Assembly (NCBI GenBank): GCA_001687465.1
Contig: LVLI01000117.1
Span: 62,001-120,066 of the forward strand
From: Halocafeteria seosinensis
Lineage: Eukaryota
DNA length: 58,066 nucleotides
Reading direction: 5' to 3'
Made by a program: the position numbers and the translations under genes. The stretch's first letter is position 1, and the number at the start of each line of letters is the position of its first letter. The notes under the pieces are model-generated. The model was given only the letters and a program-made list of their open reading frames with translations. It was not told the origin of the DNA and made no database searches. Below, piece by piece: positions 13,201 to 22,300 of this stretch.

Positions 13201-15967
13201 GCCCTTTTGAGCCCTCCAACAAACCAGGCATCGAGCGGAATTTCAAAACGGGTTTCTTCTGCCGCAAATACAGTGAGTGCGCCCAAGCGATAGCACCCGC
13301 TACAGGAGGGTAATTCTTATACACAGGAGGATTATCCTTGTTCTTCGAAAAGAGGTCAGCTGTCTGAGCTAACTCCTGTCGGGCTTGTTCAATGATATTG
13401 TCGTGCTTTCCCAGAAGCAACTCTTTAATTGACTGCCGCAGCTGCATGTGTTGAAACTTTTCTAAGAGATTAAACGCGCCTTCAGCACTTCGTAGGCGCG
13501 CAAACGCGCTATTAATGAACTGTCGAGTACTCTCTTCAATTTTTTCAACGTTTTCTTCAAATCGTTCCATTTGTTGGCGCCACTTCAATACTGCTTGCCT
13601 CGACGTGTCGTACATTTTAAAGTTCATTTTCGAGCTTCCAAGAGGACGTTTTAGGTTCTCCACTCGCTTCACAACTTCCCGAATTTGTTGCTGATCCGTC
13701 GTAAGGGCAGCCATTTCAGGCGCTTTAAAGAAACGTTCAAATTCATCGGTAGTTTGCACTACACGGGCAAGGTCGTCGAGTATAGAAACCATGTAGTCTG
13801 TTCTTCCAAACAACTTCTGTTTAGGAAATTCCCAACGCCTCTCGATTTGAGCATCTTCTATGCTTTGTCTCGCCTCCATATAGCTAGACTTCCATGTCTG
13901 GAGGACAGCTTTTGCCTCTTCCATCAGTTTCAATGCTTCATTTGAAGGCAGTCGGAGAACGCTCCGAACATTTACTTCATTAGACACCTTCTCTACAAGT
14001 TCTGCCTCTATTCCTTGCATCAAGGGATACATCTGATGATCAGTGTTATAGTGTCTAGACACGATCCAAACCATTTTCAAAGCAGTCATCATGCCCGGTA
14101 TAGTGTTGGTAATGGCATTTAGAGATCCCGACTGAAGCTGTTTGAAGTGACGCTCAACAGTTCCCAGAAATTTCACATTATCTCTCGCCTCTACAAACTG
14201 TCGAGAAAGCTCCTCCTTCTGGGTCTTAAACTGCTCAAGCTGGGGTTCCTCAGCGTATTCTAACGTCGCTACGATCTTATTTGCTTGAGGTGAAGTGACC
14301 TGCTCGTATACAGCAGAGAGTGTCGCATTCCGAGCCCGCCAATGCTCAATCTCACTCATCGGGCGCACGCTGCTTCGCTTCTCCGCAGCAGCATTCAGTT
14401 CTCGCAACACAGACGAGATAGTCTCAGTCCAGCCCAAGACGGTATCCAATATAGTGGCACGTAGCTGGGAATCCTCCGCAGCAGCCGCTGGATCTTCGAT
14501 CGTAACCTCCGGCATTTCCAGCTTGACGTCACTCTTAACTTGCTGCTTTGTGTGCTGGATATGTTTCGAAAACCTTTGAAACGAGCTCTTGAATTCACCA
14601 CGAACGGAGTCACCAACACTGCTGGCACCACTCTCGACTTCCGCCGGTTGAGGTATTTCAGGCTGATGCTGGGCCTGTTGCTGCGCAGTGTTGATGGTTC
14701 CTGTACCCCAGCCAGACGAAGCAGTGCCTCCAATACCCCGGCCGCCCACTGTGGAAGTACCTTTCCGACCACCAAACGCAGAGGCGGCACCTCCAAATGC
14801 GGAAGCTGCGCCAGATTTTCCTCCACCGCCCATAACGGATCCGGAAGCCAGTGATTGCCCATACGCAACGCTGCCTGCAGCACCGCCTCCACCGCCTGAG
14901 CCCACAGTACCCAGATCCTCGCTTTGTCGCTCCAGTCCTTCAGCTCCGCCAGCAGCGGCAGCTCGACTTGCAAATTGCGGTTGCAAAGAAGGAGCAAAAA
15001 CATCCCCAAGAAAAAACTGTAAACTGCTCAGTACATCGGCTGAAAGACATCCAAATTCGATCGCCTGAGAGATGTAATCTTCAAAGTCGGTACCCTCTGG
15101 GGCAACGATGGCACCATCAACCCCTTTAACCATGTACACGCCATCAAATTCCTCAGGTGGTTGATTCTCTTCGGACTTGTTCTGCCCGTCGGCAGTCGAA
15201 GAAGAGGCATCATCTCTTTCTTCATCTTCTTCGGCAGCCTCAATCTCCACATGACCTTTATTTTTGTCTTCGTTAGCAGCGAGTGTTTCAGGGAATTTGT
15301 TCATAGCCACGTGTAAAACCATCACATCCTCGACGACTGTTTCGACCCTAGTTACTTCGATTGTTTTGAATTTCTGTTCTTTTCGACTTTCCCCATCTTC
15401 TTCTCCCGAAGAGCCCTCATCTTCGTCAGAGTCTTTCCCATTTTCATCGCCGGGTCCACTTTGTGCCGGCTTCTTCATATCTTCTTTTTCCTGCTGCGCA
15501 TCTTCTGCATTGCGTTCATCAGAACCGGGTCTATTCTCCTTATCACCGTTGGCTTTCCCTTCTTCTTGATTTTCAGTGTTCTCCCTGTCCTCGTTTTCAT
15601 GCTGTGAACCCTCCTCGCTTGAGCCTCCTGATCCTTTTGAGGAAGGCGTAGCTGGAACCTGCTGCTCTTCAACAACCTCTCGTTGTATCTCTTTCGGCTT
15701 CGTTGTCGCGTGGAAGAACAATGATGTCTGACTGGGACACTCTTCACTAATGAACCGACGTACAGCTTCTCCATTTAACTCAGGATCTGAATCATCAGCG
15801 ACCATTTCTTCCCAGGCGTCGTCCTGGAACTCAAAGTACTCCTTTATCACATCCTTTATCCATTCCATGGGAGTCTGCGGTCCCTTGCTAACTTGCTGTG
15901 TCGGAGAGGGCTGCTCATCCCCTTCCTCTTGCCCATCATGCGATTCATCGTCCCTCGACGAATTCAT
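1211..15967 (-). CDS. DNAH10: Axonemal inner-arm dynein heavy chain, DNAH10 / I1(f) 1-alpha type, single exon, 4918 aa
   Basis: AAA1 GPAGTGKTETVKDLAK and CFDEFNRI; P-loops GPTGGGKS, GETGTAKS and GVGGSGKQS; coiled-coil stalk; MVWIVSRHYNTD and C-terminal HWVLQGV are typical of the DNAH10 clade. Confidence 0.92.
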   Translation of the reverse strand: MNSSRDDESHDGQEEGDEQPSPTQQVSKGPQTPMEWIKDVIKEYFEFQDDAWEEMVADDSDPELNGEAVRRFISEECPSQTSLFFHATTKPKEIQREVVEEQQVPATPSSKGSGGSSEEGSQHENEDRENTENQEEGKANGDKENRPGSDERNAEDAQQEKEDMKKPAQSGPGDENGKDSDEDEGSSGEEDGESRKEQKFKTIEVTRVETVVEDVMVLHVAMNKFPETLAANEDKNKGHVEIEAAEEDEERDDASSSTADGQNKSEENQPPEEFDGVYMVKGVDGAIVAPEGTDFEDYISQAIEFGCLSADVLSSLQFFLGDVFAPSLQPQFASRAAAAGGAEGLERQSEDLGTVGSGGGGGAAGSVAYGQSLASGSVMGGGGKSGAASAFGGAASAFGGRKGTSTVGGRGIGGTASSGWGTGTINTAQQQAQHQPEIPQPAEVESGASSVGDSVRGEFKSSFQRFSKHIQHTKQQVKSDVKLEMPEVTIEDPAAAAEDSQLRATILDTVLGWTETISSVLRELNAAAEKRSSVRPMSEIEHWRARNATLSAVYEQVTSPQANKIVATLEYAEEPQLEQFKTQKEELSRQFVEARDNVKFLGTVERHFKQLQSGSLNAITNTIPGMMTALKMVWIVSRHYNTDHQMYPLMQGIEAELVEKVSNEVNVRSVLRLPSNEALKLMEEAKAVLQTWKSSYMEARQSIEDAQIERRWEFPKQKLFGRTDYMVSILDDLARVVQTTDEFERFFKAPEMAALTTDQQQIREVVKRVENLKRPLGSSKMNFKMYDTSRQAVLKWRQQMERFEENVEKIEESTRQFINSAFARLRSAEGAFNLLEKFQHMQLRQSIKELLLGKHDNIIEQARQELAQTADLFSKNKDNPPVYKNYPPVAGAIAWAHSLYLRQKKPVLKFRSMPGLLEGSKGQELKKDYLKFAKTIDSYIKQHYAGWALQVESQVTDLLKQPVLGPELFPSPLLPGDIMSPDGKANPWNRQSGDHPRMEDKEVLAEAGEGIILAAGAAAAATANAKRGPGVDYEAMCLPSPPFIVNFDPELLTIIRESKLLDRLGFDIPESALNVALQEGKFHDYRARLSSLLRRYHSVLGQLRPVEASLLQHHLAELRSAVRPGFTPLNWNSLHIIAYIDDVSRALTEFENVLSQVRKSTDILEDVVQSISQTVLIGAEDFPPSILPMEVSDFYEHVTQKADSRLEELVSKYRSIRPVMSQIEGFIAHSSTGAAKEMSEFYKYWERRIYNAISQMILASLGALQGILNIPFDVRTKHGQGANTEIPLKPGSMSTSTEAAATRAAGAPVDPSLEPVEWPAFPPVIRVKVTHQSDDIFSMHPPMISVAKHIYNLHKFMGKAAQRFVRWIDGTCIEAEVPTEEGQTAPDFSFYSDIRHNPAINHMTLRMDALYSVVKDVNQFTSAWENYGKEYGLWESRPPGKMDKLIEKCPPVNYFEARLDVFARLADKVREAQTQKLIGFLWVDCQPVAVACRNQAESLVAEFGRVLSVIASQKLKAINERIESSHEQLDVDPQDLPELKQLLNSIKTIRESKLELELEAMDIQERYRLLKRHQDRIDLDDDDLHAADRIDTDIHKLQNAALTKDARLVRVKEKFKDVTVQDVEQFKQECEEFHQSYFSSGPAQPSINLDEGLELLQEYKRRLQEMESRRDDLTNAQLLFGLERSKYPPLVEVRDDIEKVNQLYEVYSEQKAFTESQSNMLWSALDINTLNRGVEAIVEKMRKLPKELKDMSLFDSINAEVNAFKDSLPLIQSLKNEAMKERHWKKLMETTGVQFNMNPHTFTLQKLFEMNLSKYSEEIEEIVNEAMQEMKIEKELRKIETKWHSTDFTLSEYHKDGQFRSYLIVPDEEVKNDLEDHTLQLQAMSGSRFVANFMDQVQRWSKNLTVVSETLDTWHSVQQRWQYLEGIFVGNEDIKQQLPDEAKKFGEIDKAFKGLMSTVSKNPNIVDACVSEGRQSLLEDLAERLDKCQKSLSEYLNSKRNSFPRFFFISDDELLAVLGSSEVTGIQEHLLKLFNNVKSLGFARGNSVINKLTSSEGEWFSTLDAAPVEGPVEEWMSGVEDEMQKSLHQITKKGVYEYAHMKRSEWVSKQLGMVTMVGSQIWWTWGTEDTFRRVAKGDKYAMKKFASKLTEQLMELVAVVREPLDEMTRIKINTLLIIDVHARDIIDQFVRDSILDAREFAWESQLRFYWDRDKDDIEIRQCTGKFGYGYEYMGLNGRLVITPLTDRCYMTLTQALTFKLGGSPAGPAGTGKTETVKDLAKNLALPCFVINCGEGLDYRAMAAIFSGLAQVGAWGCFDEFNRINIEVLSVVSAQLRSLQNALLYEKETVDIGMGQEIRIKQQVGIFITMNPGYAGRTELPANLKALFRPVTMVVPDLLQICEIMLFSEGFEYAKVLAKKMTTLYRLAKEQLSKQYHYDWGLRALKSVLVMAGSLKRQYSDMTEELVLMRSLRDSNMPKFVYEDVPLFHGLIEDLFPGLDCPRVGYPELKTALEEEFERNTMRHDDEKKFQLQVDKCIQLYETMLTRHTTMIVGPTGGGKSTVRNALQKASSPAFGKTVKTFTLNPKAITVNELYGIMDPETRDWQDGVLSKLFRECNRPLPKGKEDEVRWIVYDGDVDAVWVENMNSVMDDNKLLTLPNGERIQLVDHCKMLIEVFDLQYASPATISRCGMTYVDPKNLRYYPYYYRWLKLRTAERPTEHASLMELYEKYIPRCVEFVLEGELPEDGSNEDAQPPCSFAVQRTELNLVTQLCSMLDGLLVSDEEYTDFDLLEGYYVYAVIWSIGAVLQDDQRSRFEEFVKRTAEIALPENIYHNFYDGDMRKWRSWHEEVPEYEPPVPFEFNKILVPTADSVMYTALLKKMVNVSRPTIFVGETGTAKSVTIQNFLRELDQDSFAFLNMNFSSRTTSKDVQSNIEANVDKRSGKIFGPPVGKKLMIFIDDMNMPKIDIYGTQQPIALLKFLLEHGSMYDREKDLELKRFQDLMFVAAMGPPSGGRNSVDPRFLSLFSMFNLTAPTDDVLQHIYGSILERFAGKFPEPVQEACEKLTPCTLELYKEIVERLPPTPNKFHYIFNLRDLGRVYEGLCQATTDKFTSSVEFVRLWRNEMERVFCDRLISDSDREFVTGLISEQIEAHFSEDSEEILKDPLVFGDFRLAARRIVDDAEDPQLYEDLGDYDSVKPILDEVLEEYNHQKREMQLVLFKMAIEHLTRIYRIIRLKRGNALLVGVGGSGKQSLTKLATFLAGYRLFQITLTRRYTERDFREELKELYKMLGEGPVVFLFTDAHVVEEGFLELINNMLTTGMVPALYDSDEKDNLSNSVMQEVKDAGLYPTKENCWNFYVNKCRDNLHLVLAMSPSGDTLRRRCRNFPGLVSNTVIDWFFPWPSEALNKVATFFLRNEDLNTDTKESIIEHMVHVHETVVQSSEQFAKELRRHNYVTPKNYLDFIWNYQKQMSDNSNRLQTRIGRLEGGLSKLKEAQETVDTMSGELKVKKADVDQKTVEVEKMIEEIETRQKTADKQAEEAQQKAAELEKMNEEIKEQSAQANESLEAAIPALEAAAAALENLDSKDINEIKAFAQPPEGVKNACLCVLYLKPSGREDDQGGWKACKSMMADARFLERLKNYDKDRITDKQMKKVNSLMKSANMTYEGMKSVSRAGAGLFQWVTALSHYYDVAKNVKPLRDRVKELETQQTKAQKELTDINNKLEKLREEISQLNKDYKKNSAELQNLQESAALMEKRLTSASKLISGLGSEEERWTGDITKLQDQHKRLIGDCLIAAGFLSYLGAFTFDYRKSLIYNDWLKSIANKQLPHTEEFDIEKFMVTDATVQTWAAQGLPADTHSVMNGILTTQASRFPLCIDPQQQAVKWIKNKEGDNLIVSTFLDSGFMRQMELAIQYGKPFLFEAVDEELDPMIDPILEQNTYMEGQQRMIKLGDKDIEWDANFRLFMTSKLSNPHYSPEIMGKTMIINYSVTLQGLQDQLLNVVVSNERPDLEKQFNELVTEMSENMQMLEKLEEELLRNLNSSTGNLLDNEELISTLENAKSKSVEIKGKLEESTVTKADIDKARTIYTSAARRGSILFFAVTGLANIMRMYEISLASFLSVFERSLKLSARDANVEKRLGYIIQETTEQIYDFTCTGIFERHKLMFSLQMTTMIMEGDNELNRDELDFFLKGDVSVGAPETEKPVDWISDKGWKDLMKLKTMTTSDYWPQLIDHIQNNLDVWKEWYDKEAPEQEPLPAGFSDMLNNFQHLLVFRCFRADRVYNGVKRFVMHVMGERFVQPPVLNYHRIFNQSTALSPVVFILSPGADPQSDIQSLGIEKGFPPPSKLKFLALGQGQEKKAEELLHLGSQRGYWILLQNCHLLLSWLQNLERFIQTLKEPHPDFRLWLTTEPTDKFPLGILQQSLKVVTEPPDGLKLNMRALYSRLTQADLEECPHPAYRPLVYVLCFLHAVLLERRKYGKLGMNVNYDFNESDFRVSRQLMSTYLLKAWENNDEMIPWGSLKYLIGDAMYGGRVSDDYDRRVLNTYLDEYMGDFLFDENQPFYFSRADFDYDLPPWGSIDTYIEKVETLPLVSGPGVYGLHPNAEINYFTNAAKDLWRNLIDLQPRSSTAAGGVSREEHIGNSVADLLEQVPEPEDTHNIRRRLVPEGSAPTPTQVVLFQELERWNFLVTSMKRSLLDLQRALAGEIGMSDQLEEIGDAIFDGRIPRLWKSLAPDTQKPLGSWMQHFRSRHLQYQSWIDHGEPTVIWLSGLHIPESYLTALVQSTCRRRNWPLDKSTLYTEVTHYRTSEDVPGPSEDGCYVSGIYLEGASWDFERNVLREQRPKVLIEELPIVQIIPIEASKLKLHGTFQTPVYVTQQRRNAMGVGLVFDAFLNTEHHESHWVLQGVAMCLNTDE

Positions 15968-16362
15968 CGTTATGGACGAGAAAATGCTCTGGTAGAGTTC
16001 CTAACGGTTAAGTCCGATAGTGGCCCCCCCAACGTGGGCTTTCAGCTCCCGCTTACGCAATCGCGGCAACCGGGAGCAGCGATACCACTGTGTGCACACT
16101 TGCAATAGCTTAAGTGTGACCTTGTCAACATGCGGTTTGAGCATTTACTAACGTCGGTATCGCATATAACGAGTCTACTGCGAGATTTTCAAACTCGAGA
16201 TTCAGAGCGAAGGAAAGATTGTCTGGATGGGAACAAGAAAAGATTGCTGTGTCGCGTGACTTCACAAGCAGCTTTTGGCGACCCAGACAAGAAATAGATT
16301 AGATTGAGCGTGTTGATATCGGTAGCGTAGGGACATGACCTCCAAAAGAGTAGTATTGTATT

Positions 16363-16378
16363 AGATAGATAGATAGAT
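16363..16378. repeat. (AGAT)4 microsatellite in the divergent dynein/MFS intergenic region
   Basis: agatagatagatagat read directly. Confidence 0.7.
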
Positions 16379-16547
16379 ATAGTGCTTCATTCCATGAGAT
16401 TACAGTCGGGAGAACGCAAAATTATGGCCTAGAGCGTGGGTCGCAATTCATGGTTGAGCAACCGGCTCCCTAGAATCGATCAAGCCCCTCAAGGAAATGG
16501 AACCTTCATAGCAGTTTCTAGCTTAGTGTAATACCGGTATCAACAAG

Positions 16548-18206
16548 ATGCATTTGGATAGCAAGAGCTGGATGAATCTCCTGAAGCGCTATGCATCGCA
16601 ATGGGCGATTGCCAATCGACGCTATGTCGTGTTTGGCGCTGTGATGCTCGGAAGCTCCTTGATGAATAACCTCTTCGTGACATACTACATCATGTTTTTT
16701 ACCCAGATTGAGGTTTTGGATTCATCGTGGTTTTACATTGGGCAAATAGTCTTTGCCATTTGGAATGCTATCAACGACCCTTTGTTTGGATGGCTCTCAG
16801 ACAACGCCGTGACAGCTCATTCCAGAACTGTCCAAAGACTAAGAACCGTCCGTATAGGAGGATACGTGTGGGTAGTGTCCTTTGTTTTGCTATGGTACCC
16901 TTGGTCGACGCCGTTTGGCTTTCAGTCGCCTCGACTGAGGAGTCTTCTAGCTGGTCTGCATTTTATCACTTCCCTCATCCTCTACGACGGGGGTCTGTCG
17001 TACGTTGAGGTAAATCACGGTGCTTTATTGACGGAAATAGCAAGTACATCTCAAGAACGGGCCCGATTTAATATGTGGTCTGCCATATGGGCTGGTATCG
17101 GATCATTATCTTCGCTGTTCGCTCACATAAAGTGGGATAAAGACGACTTGTCGCACTTCCAATTTGTTGTTTGGATCGTTGCACTGATCTCAGTAGTTAG
17201 TTTCGAAGTGTCCACAAGACAACTGGAAGGATGGAGCAAGCATTACTCTCCCGCCAAAAGTGATACCAAGCAAGTTAGTTTAGAACATCGGCGAAAGCAT
17301 ATGAGTAAGCGGGACAAAGAAGGGAGCTCCAAAAGCTCCGCCACGTTTTCTATGTTCATTTCCCAACTCATGAACCATCGCAACTTCATGATATTTGCCG
17401 CTCTCTCAGCAATTCAGGTAAGTATCCAAAACAAAATGCTTTCTTGATGACTTCATTATGCTTCAACCTTAGCTCCTGCACAGGCGTTTGATTGTACATT
17501 TGAGAAGAATTTTTTTGCCGCCTTCATGGATAGTTTAGCCGGTTCCCGCGTCAGCCCAGAATTGCGTGGAAGCGTCATATCTGCATCTTTTTTGTTACCT
17601 CATGCTTGTACGGTGATCGCTACTCCTGCAATTCGTAGATGGGGAATGTACGATACTATGCAGGGTTTGCTCATTGTGAGGATTGGATTCGTCGTGGCTG
17701 CAATGGCTACGACTGTGGCCATGAATTATGTACTTCCGTCACTGGTCTGGATTTCTTATGGAATTTGTGGTTTTATGCTGATCAATAGGGTGGCGTCGGA
17801 AGCAACTTGCAGATTGTTTCCGTTGATTCTTTCTGACCTTATTGATGAAGACAGTGTCATCAATAACCGGTCCAAGGGACTTTCCTCGTCAATCATCGGA
17901 ACGGCATCGTTTACGTCTAAAATATCGCAGTCGCTGGCCCCCATGGTTGGCTTTTACGTGACCCCAATCGGATCCCTATCCTCGAGCTTGCCACCAGAAG
18001 AGTATGGTGTCGAATCTGCTAAAAGGGTTGTACCCACTACAACTGGACTGTGGTGGATCCTCTTAGTAATACCTGTTCTTTGCATTTTGCTGGAGCTAAT
18101 GTTATGGAAAATGTATACACTTAGGGGCAAGTACCTGAAAAGGATCCAGAAGACTCTCTCCAAACAGGAAGAGACTATATATGAGCCATCAGAACAAACA
18201 GTATGA
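16548..18206 (+). CDS. MFSD13A: MFS transporter, MFSD13A/TMEM180 family (intron 17418-17483)
   Basis: IWNAINDPLFGWLSD MFS_2-type motif and many hydrophobic helices. Splicing GTAAGT..CACAG joins to QAFDCTFEKNFF, similar to the TMEM180 QVFHCHFNSNFF segment. Confidence 0.8.
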
Positions 18207-18297
18207 AGGCTGTTACATCTGAATTCAGGGTTTGGAACGACCTCATCAGAACAAACGGTATGAAGAATGTTCATCTGAATTCAGGATTTGGAACCAC
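18187..18297 (+). repeat. Imperfect ~57-bp tandem duplication spanning the transporter stop codon
   Basis: catcagaacaaacagtatgaaggctgttacatctgaattcagggtttggaac at 18187 vs catcagaacaaacggtatgaagaatgttcatctgaattcaggatttggaac at 18244. Confidence 0.9.
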
Positions 18298-18692
18298 CGC
18301 CTGAAGCTGAGACCGTTGAGGCAAACAGAAGCTTAACCAGCGACGATTCTTAAATTAACGTGTATTTTGTATTAGGAGTATTGACATTATTGAGAGCGTG
18401 ACGAATGTCTTAAGCGCACCGGCAATAGCTACGCGGTGCTTATAATAATTAGTGCCACTTCTTGGTCTCGCCTTCTTTGGACGTTAGATATGGTGGTACG
18501 CCGGCAGCATCACGCATACGGATCAATTAAGCTAAGATAGGAAGCGCGAAATTTTTATCCTATATATCAAGGCACAGATGCGGTGGTTGGTGTGATCATG
18601 CACTTCCCGTTAGTTGTCAGTTCGCACAAGGCTCTACTCCTGGCATCTCAATGCATGCCGTTGCCATATTACCATAAGTTGGTACGCTTCCG

Positions 18693-19209
18693 CTAGTTCT
18701 CCGTTGAGCTCTTGTGTCTGTAAATAAATAACGATACACACACTCACTACTTCATTTAATGTGCACTCCGGCGATTGTCGAAGTTACCCGCTTACCCGCA
18801 CTTAGGACACTCGTAAAACACTGTTTGACCCTCATCCGCTGACCTTAATTGCATGGTATAAAAGAGCATTTGAGGATTCTTGCAACTTGGACACTCTTCG
18901 TCGACCTGGATTAGACGGAATGACAACCAGAAATGTCGTGAATCCCCCCAGAAAGGATGAAGTTGTGCTTCCACGACCTACCATTGCTCTATGTTTCTCA
19001 TGAGACGCTGTTTGTTCCTTTCTCTGCTGATGTAATTCAGTTTGCCACGAGTGCTGAGGCTGCTGACGACTGTATGTCACTGACACGGAGGCCAAATTCT
19101 TCATGTTGGTTTGGTAGGAGCAATATCGGCATTCCAAAGTGGGCGTGTCACTGAGGATGAACAGAGATCCACAGCGGGGGCAGAAGCTAGTACTGTTCAC
19201 AGACTCCAT
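18693..19209 (-). CDS. RPA12: RNA polymerase I subunit RPA12 (3 exons)
   Basis: N-terminal zinc ribbon FCPRCGSL...CRYC; C-terminal TFIIS-like ribbon CPSC...QLRSADEGQTVFYECPKCG (RPA12-type, not RPC11 ADEP); last exon HKSSTEN* ends at 18693. Confidence 0.9.
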
Positions 19210-19362
19210 TGTGTGTGCTTTCAACGAGATCCAACAATACAAGGTGGTGTAAGTTTGATGAGTAAACCCCTATATCTCATGGAAAGTGTTATTCTTGTGG
19301 GGAAAGGCAATCTAATGGGGTCCACTTCACAGAGCGACGCCGTTGTGAAGGAAGCTCTACAG

Positions 19363-22300
19363 CTATACGGCGTACGTGGATATTGAAGTATTGTCGTCTC
19401 TGCAGAAGACACAAGTCCCACATTGGAGGTGCTTCACCAATGTGAAATTGTCAGGATGTGTTATGTTCACCGCTGGACAGCCTAGCGTATTGGCCGACGG
19501 CGAGCACAACATTCCCGAATAAGAACCTGAACCGTGATGCCGTACGTCTCCGTACTCCTCGTTTAGCAAGGAAAGTTCAGAAGATTCGGTCAAAAGGAAA
19601 GACAAACTGCGTATAAGGTCGCTTGCATCTGCTCTGGCTCCATCTACATCTCTTAATTTCTGCAACAGACTCAGAAGACATCTTAATCTCGCTGTGTAAC
19701 TCCGAAGCTCCGCAGCAACGCCTACAAATTGCAGCACCGAGAAAAGTTCTCGATTTGGAAGCGTTTCTGGTATACACTGGCTATGTGTTATCATACCATG
19801 GCCATGTTGCCACAAACGGTGAATTGCGGAAGTCCTTTCCATTGAGACACCGCAAAGACGAAGCTCCACCCAAGTGCATGCATTTCTCTCTTCCGCAACA
19901 ACTGGTGAGTCGTGCAGTATAAACGTAGAGTTATTTGGAGCAAACTGAAGTACAGAAGCATTGCTAGTAAACAATTGAGGAAGCAATGCTCCATATCCGT
20001 GAGTCCACCAAGAGTTCTTGAGAACGTATTGCCAGGCGAAGTTAACCAGGTCCCATGAAATTCGATGTTTCAATCGCGAGGGGCCTGATCCCTCTACCAA
20101 ATACTTGATCTTTTGATACATTTCTTGGAATTTCGCTGCATCGCGTCGTTGCCTGCAAGAAGGCTCTCTGCTGTACGAGCTTTTGGTTGGCGGAGGGTAC
20201 GCGCAGTACAAGCAATGCACCTCGACTGAGAGTGCCGTCAGCTGGAGGATCAAAGGAGATGTGTACTCCGAGTTGCTAGCAGTTTGTTGAATGAAGTTCT
20301 CGACCAATTGCATCCAGGAATGATGAGAGCATTTTCGAGGCAACAGCTCCAGAACCAGCCCCACGAAGGGAAGGTAAGCTCCTGACGAGGTAGGGTGAAC
20401 CAATTCTAACCCGCCCGCAGAGCAATGCGCACGCACACTATGATACGTATCACGTAGTAGCAAACTCAAGATCCCATTTTCCACCAAAATACTTCGCAGC
20501 TCTTGAAGATTATGCGTGCTTATGATTGAGTCTTCATGCATTTCCACTCGGTGAGTTTGAGAATCGCAGACTTTGTAAAGGGGCACCTCTGCAGACTCCT
20601 CCTGTTGAACTCTCAACCTGCAATCCGTGTCAAATTTAGTTCCAAAGGTTTTCTCGTCAAGGGCGTGTTGTAATGAGTTAGTAAACCTGTATAGGATTCC
20701 TCTAATCTCTGATCCCTTGGGGGTAGCGGTAATATCGTTTACAGGACCTGCACCAGCAGCAGATGCTAAATCAAGCAAGTGTTGATGGACTCTATGAAGC
20801 ATTCTCTTCCTTTCCGCCCGGAACAGTATAGCTAGTCGCTCTCTTTCCGTTAAGTGGACACACATTTGTAGAATTTCATCACTCTCTTCTCGTTTGTTAT
20901 AGCACTGGTCATACGTTCGAAGCAGCATCTCGTCTTCCACAACAGTCGTCGGGCATTCCTCGAGGAGCCCCTTGACTTTTTGAGCAAAATCTTCGTAAGC
21001 TCTAGGGAGGAAGATTAGTCCGGTGGTTTTCTCTATCAGAGGTAGTCCACTCCCTGTAAGCCGTAAATCATAAAAGCAAAACTCTCTTTCACGTTCGATG
21101 AGATCTGATATTTCGTTTTGGAACTCGCTCGAGAGTTTTGCCATATTTCCTTTCATCCAAGCTATGAATGTCTTAACGGTTGATTCGTCATCTGTCAAGT
21201 TGTGTTTTGCTTCCTGTACAACTGTAGAGAGATTCTTTAGCGAGTTTACAACAGAGGATAGGCATACTTTCGCCTCTGCCAACGGCATATACTCAATGGC
21301 GGTTACTTGAGCGGCATGCCACGGAAGGGGTCGACTACATGCGAAAAAGACAGAAGAAAATGAATGTAATGTCCTAATGTTAATACCCACGTAGCGCACT
21401 CACTCGATTCCCAAACAGACAAAGTCAGGGGAGCCAAACAGTCCGAAAATTATGTTCAACAGTACTCGAGTCTGTCCAGTCGAGGAATCTTTCTCCTTAT
21501 GGGATTGGGCAATCTTGACAACTTCACAATCAAAATCGTTTCGAGCAGGAACGAATCCGTGATGATGAAGAAAACTGGATAGTGGAATAAAAAATGCGGG
21601 GTAATCTACATTACAGTTCATCATTGACTGAGAAGACAATGCCACTTACAGCTCGTTACGAATATCCCCGAAGTCCTCTACAGCGGGATCCTCGGCATGG
21701 AAATGTCTATCAGCCGTAACATCTACGTAGAGCATCTTCTCTGCAGTTCCTTCCGCACCGTCGCTTACCACGCGGTGATGTCGCAGAAAATGGTTTCCGG
21801 CTAGTTTTTCCCTTGGGCGTTCCACCTTTGGCGAATGCCATAGCAGGTCTGGTCCAGGAATCAAATATCTTATTCCCCGAATACTAATAGCTCTCATCTC
21901 CACTGTGGCAGCAGCCCAGACGAATGCTTTTACGGAACCTACGGCATTCGCGCGAGCACGCTTTATTCTTTTATCGGCTAATACAACCCTCAGAGGTTCT
22001 TTCAACTTTTCATACAGTCGAATTATCTGCACACACGTGGCAATATATTAAGAGCGTGCTAAGCCTTGAGTAATTGAGCTCGCAACGGACTCACGTAGTG
22101 CTTCGATTTCTTAGCATACGCCTCTGCTTTTGCATTCTGCATTTAAAGCAAGCGCAACACCTGTATCTCATACCATAGTACTCTCACAACTTGTTCGATC
22201 ACCTACCTGAAGTCCCTTCAGTTCTGATTCTTCGAAGAACATAGGTAAATTCAGGTTCGATGGCAGAAGGTCCAGGTACGGCTTCCACAAAGAGTGATGG

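Noticed and set aside
1590..15995. Dozens of short ORFs antisense or out of frame within the dynein gene (also within other long CDSs)
   Set aside because: Shadow ORFs of a long real CDS; no independent motifs.
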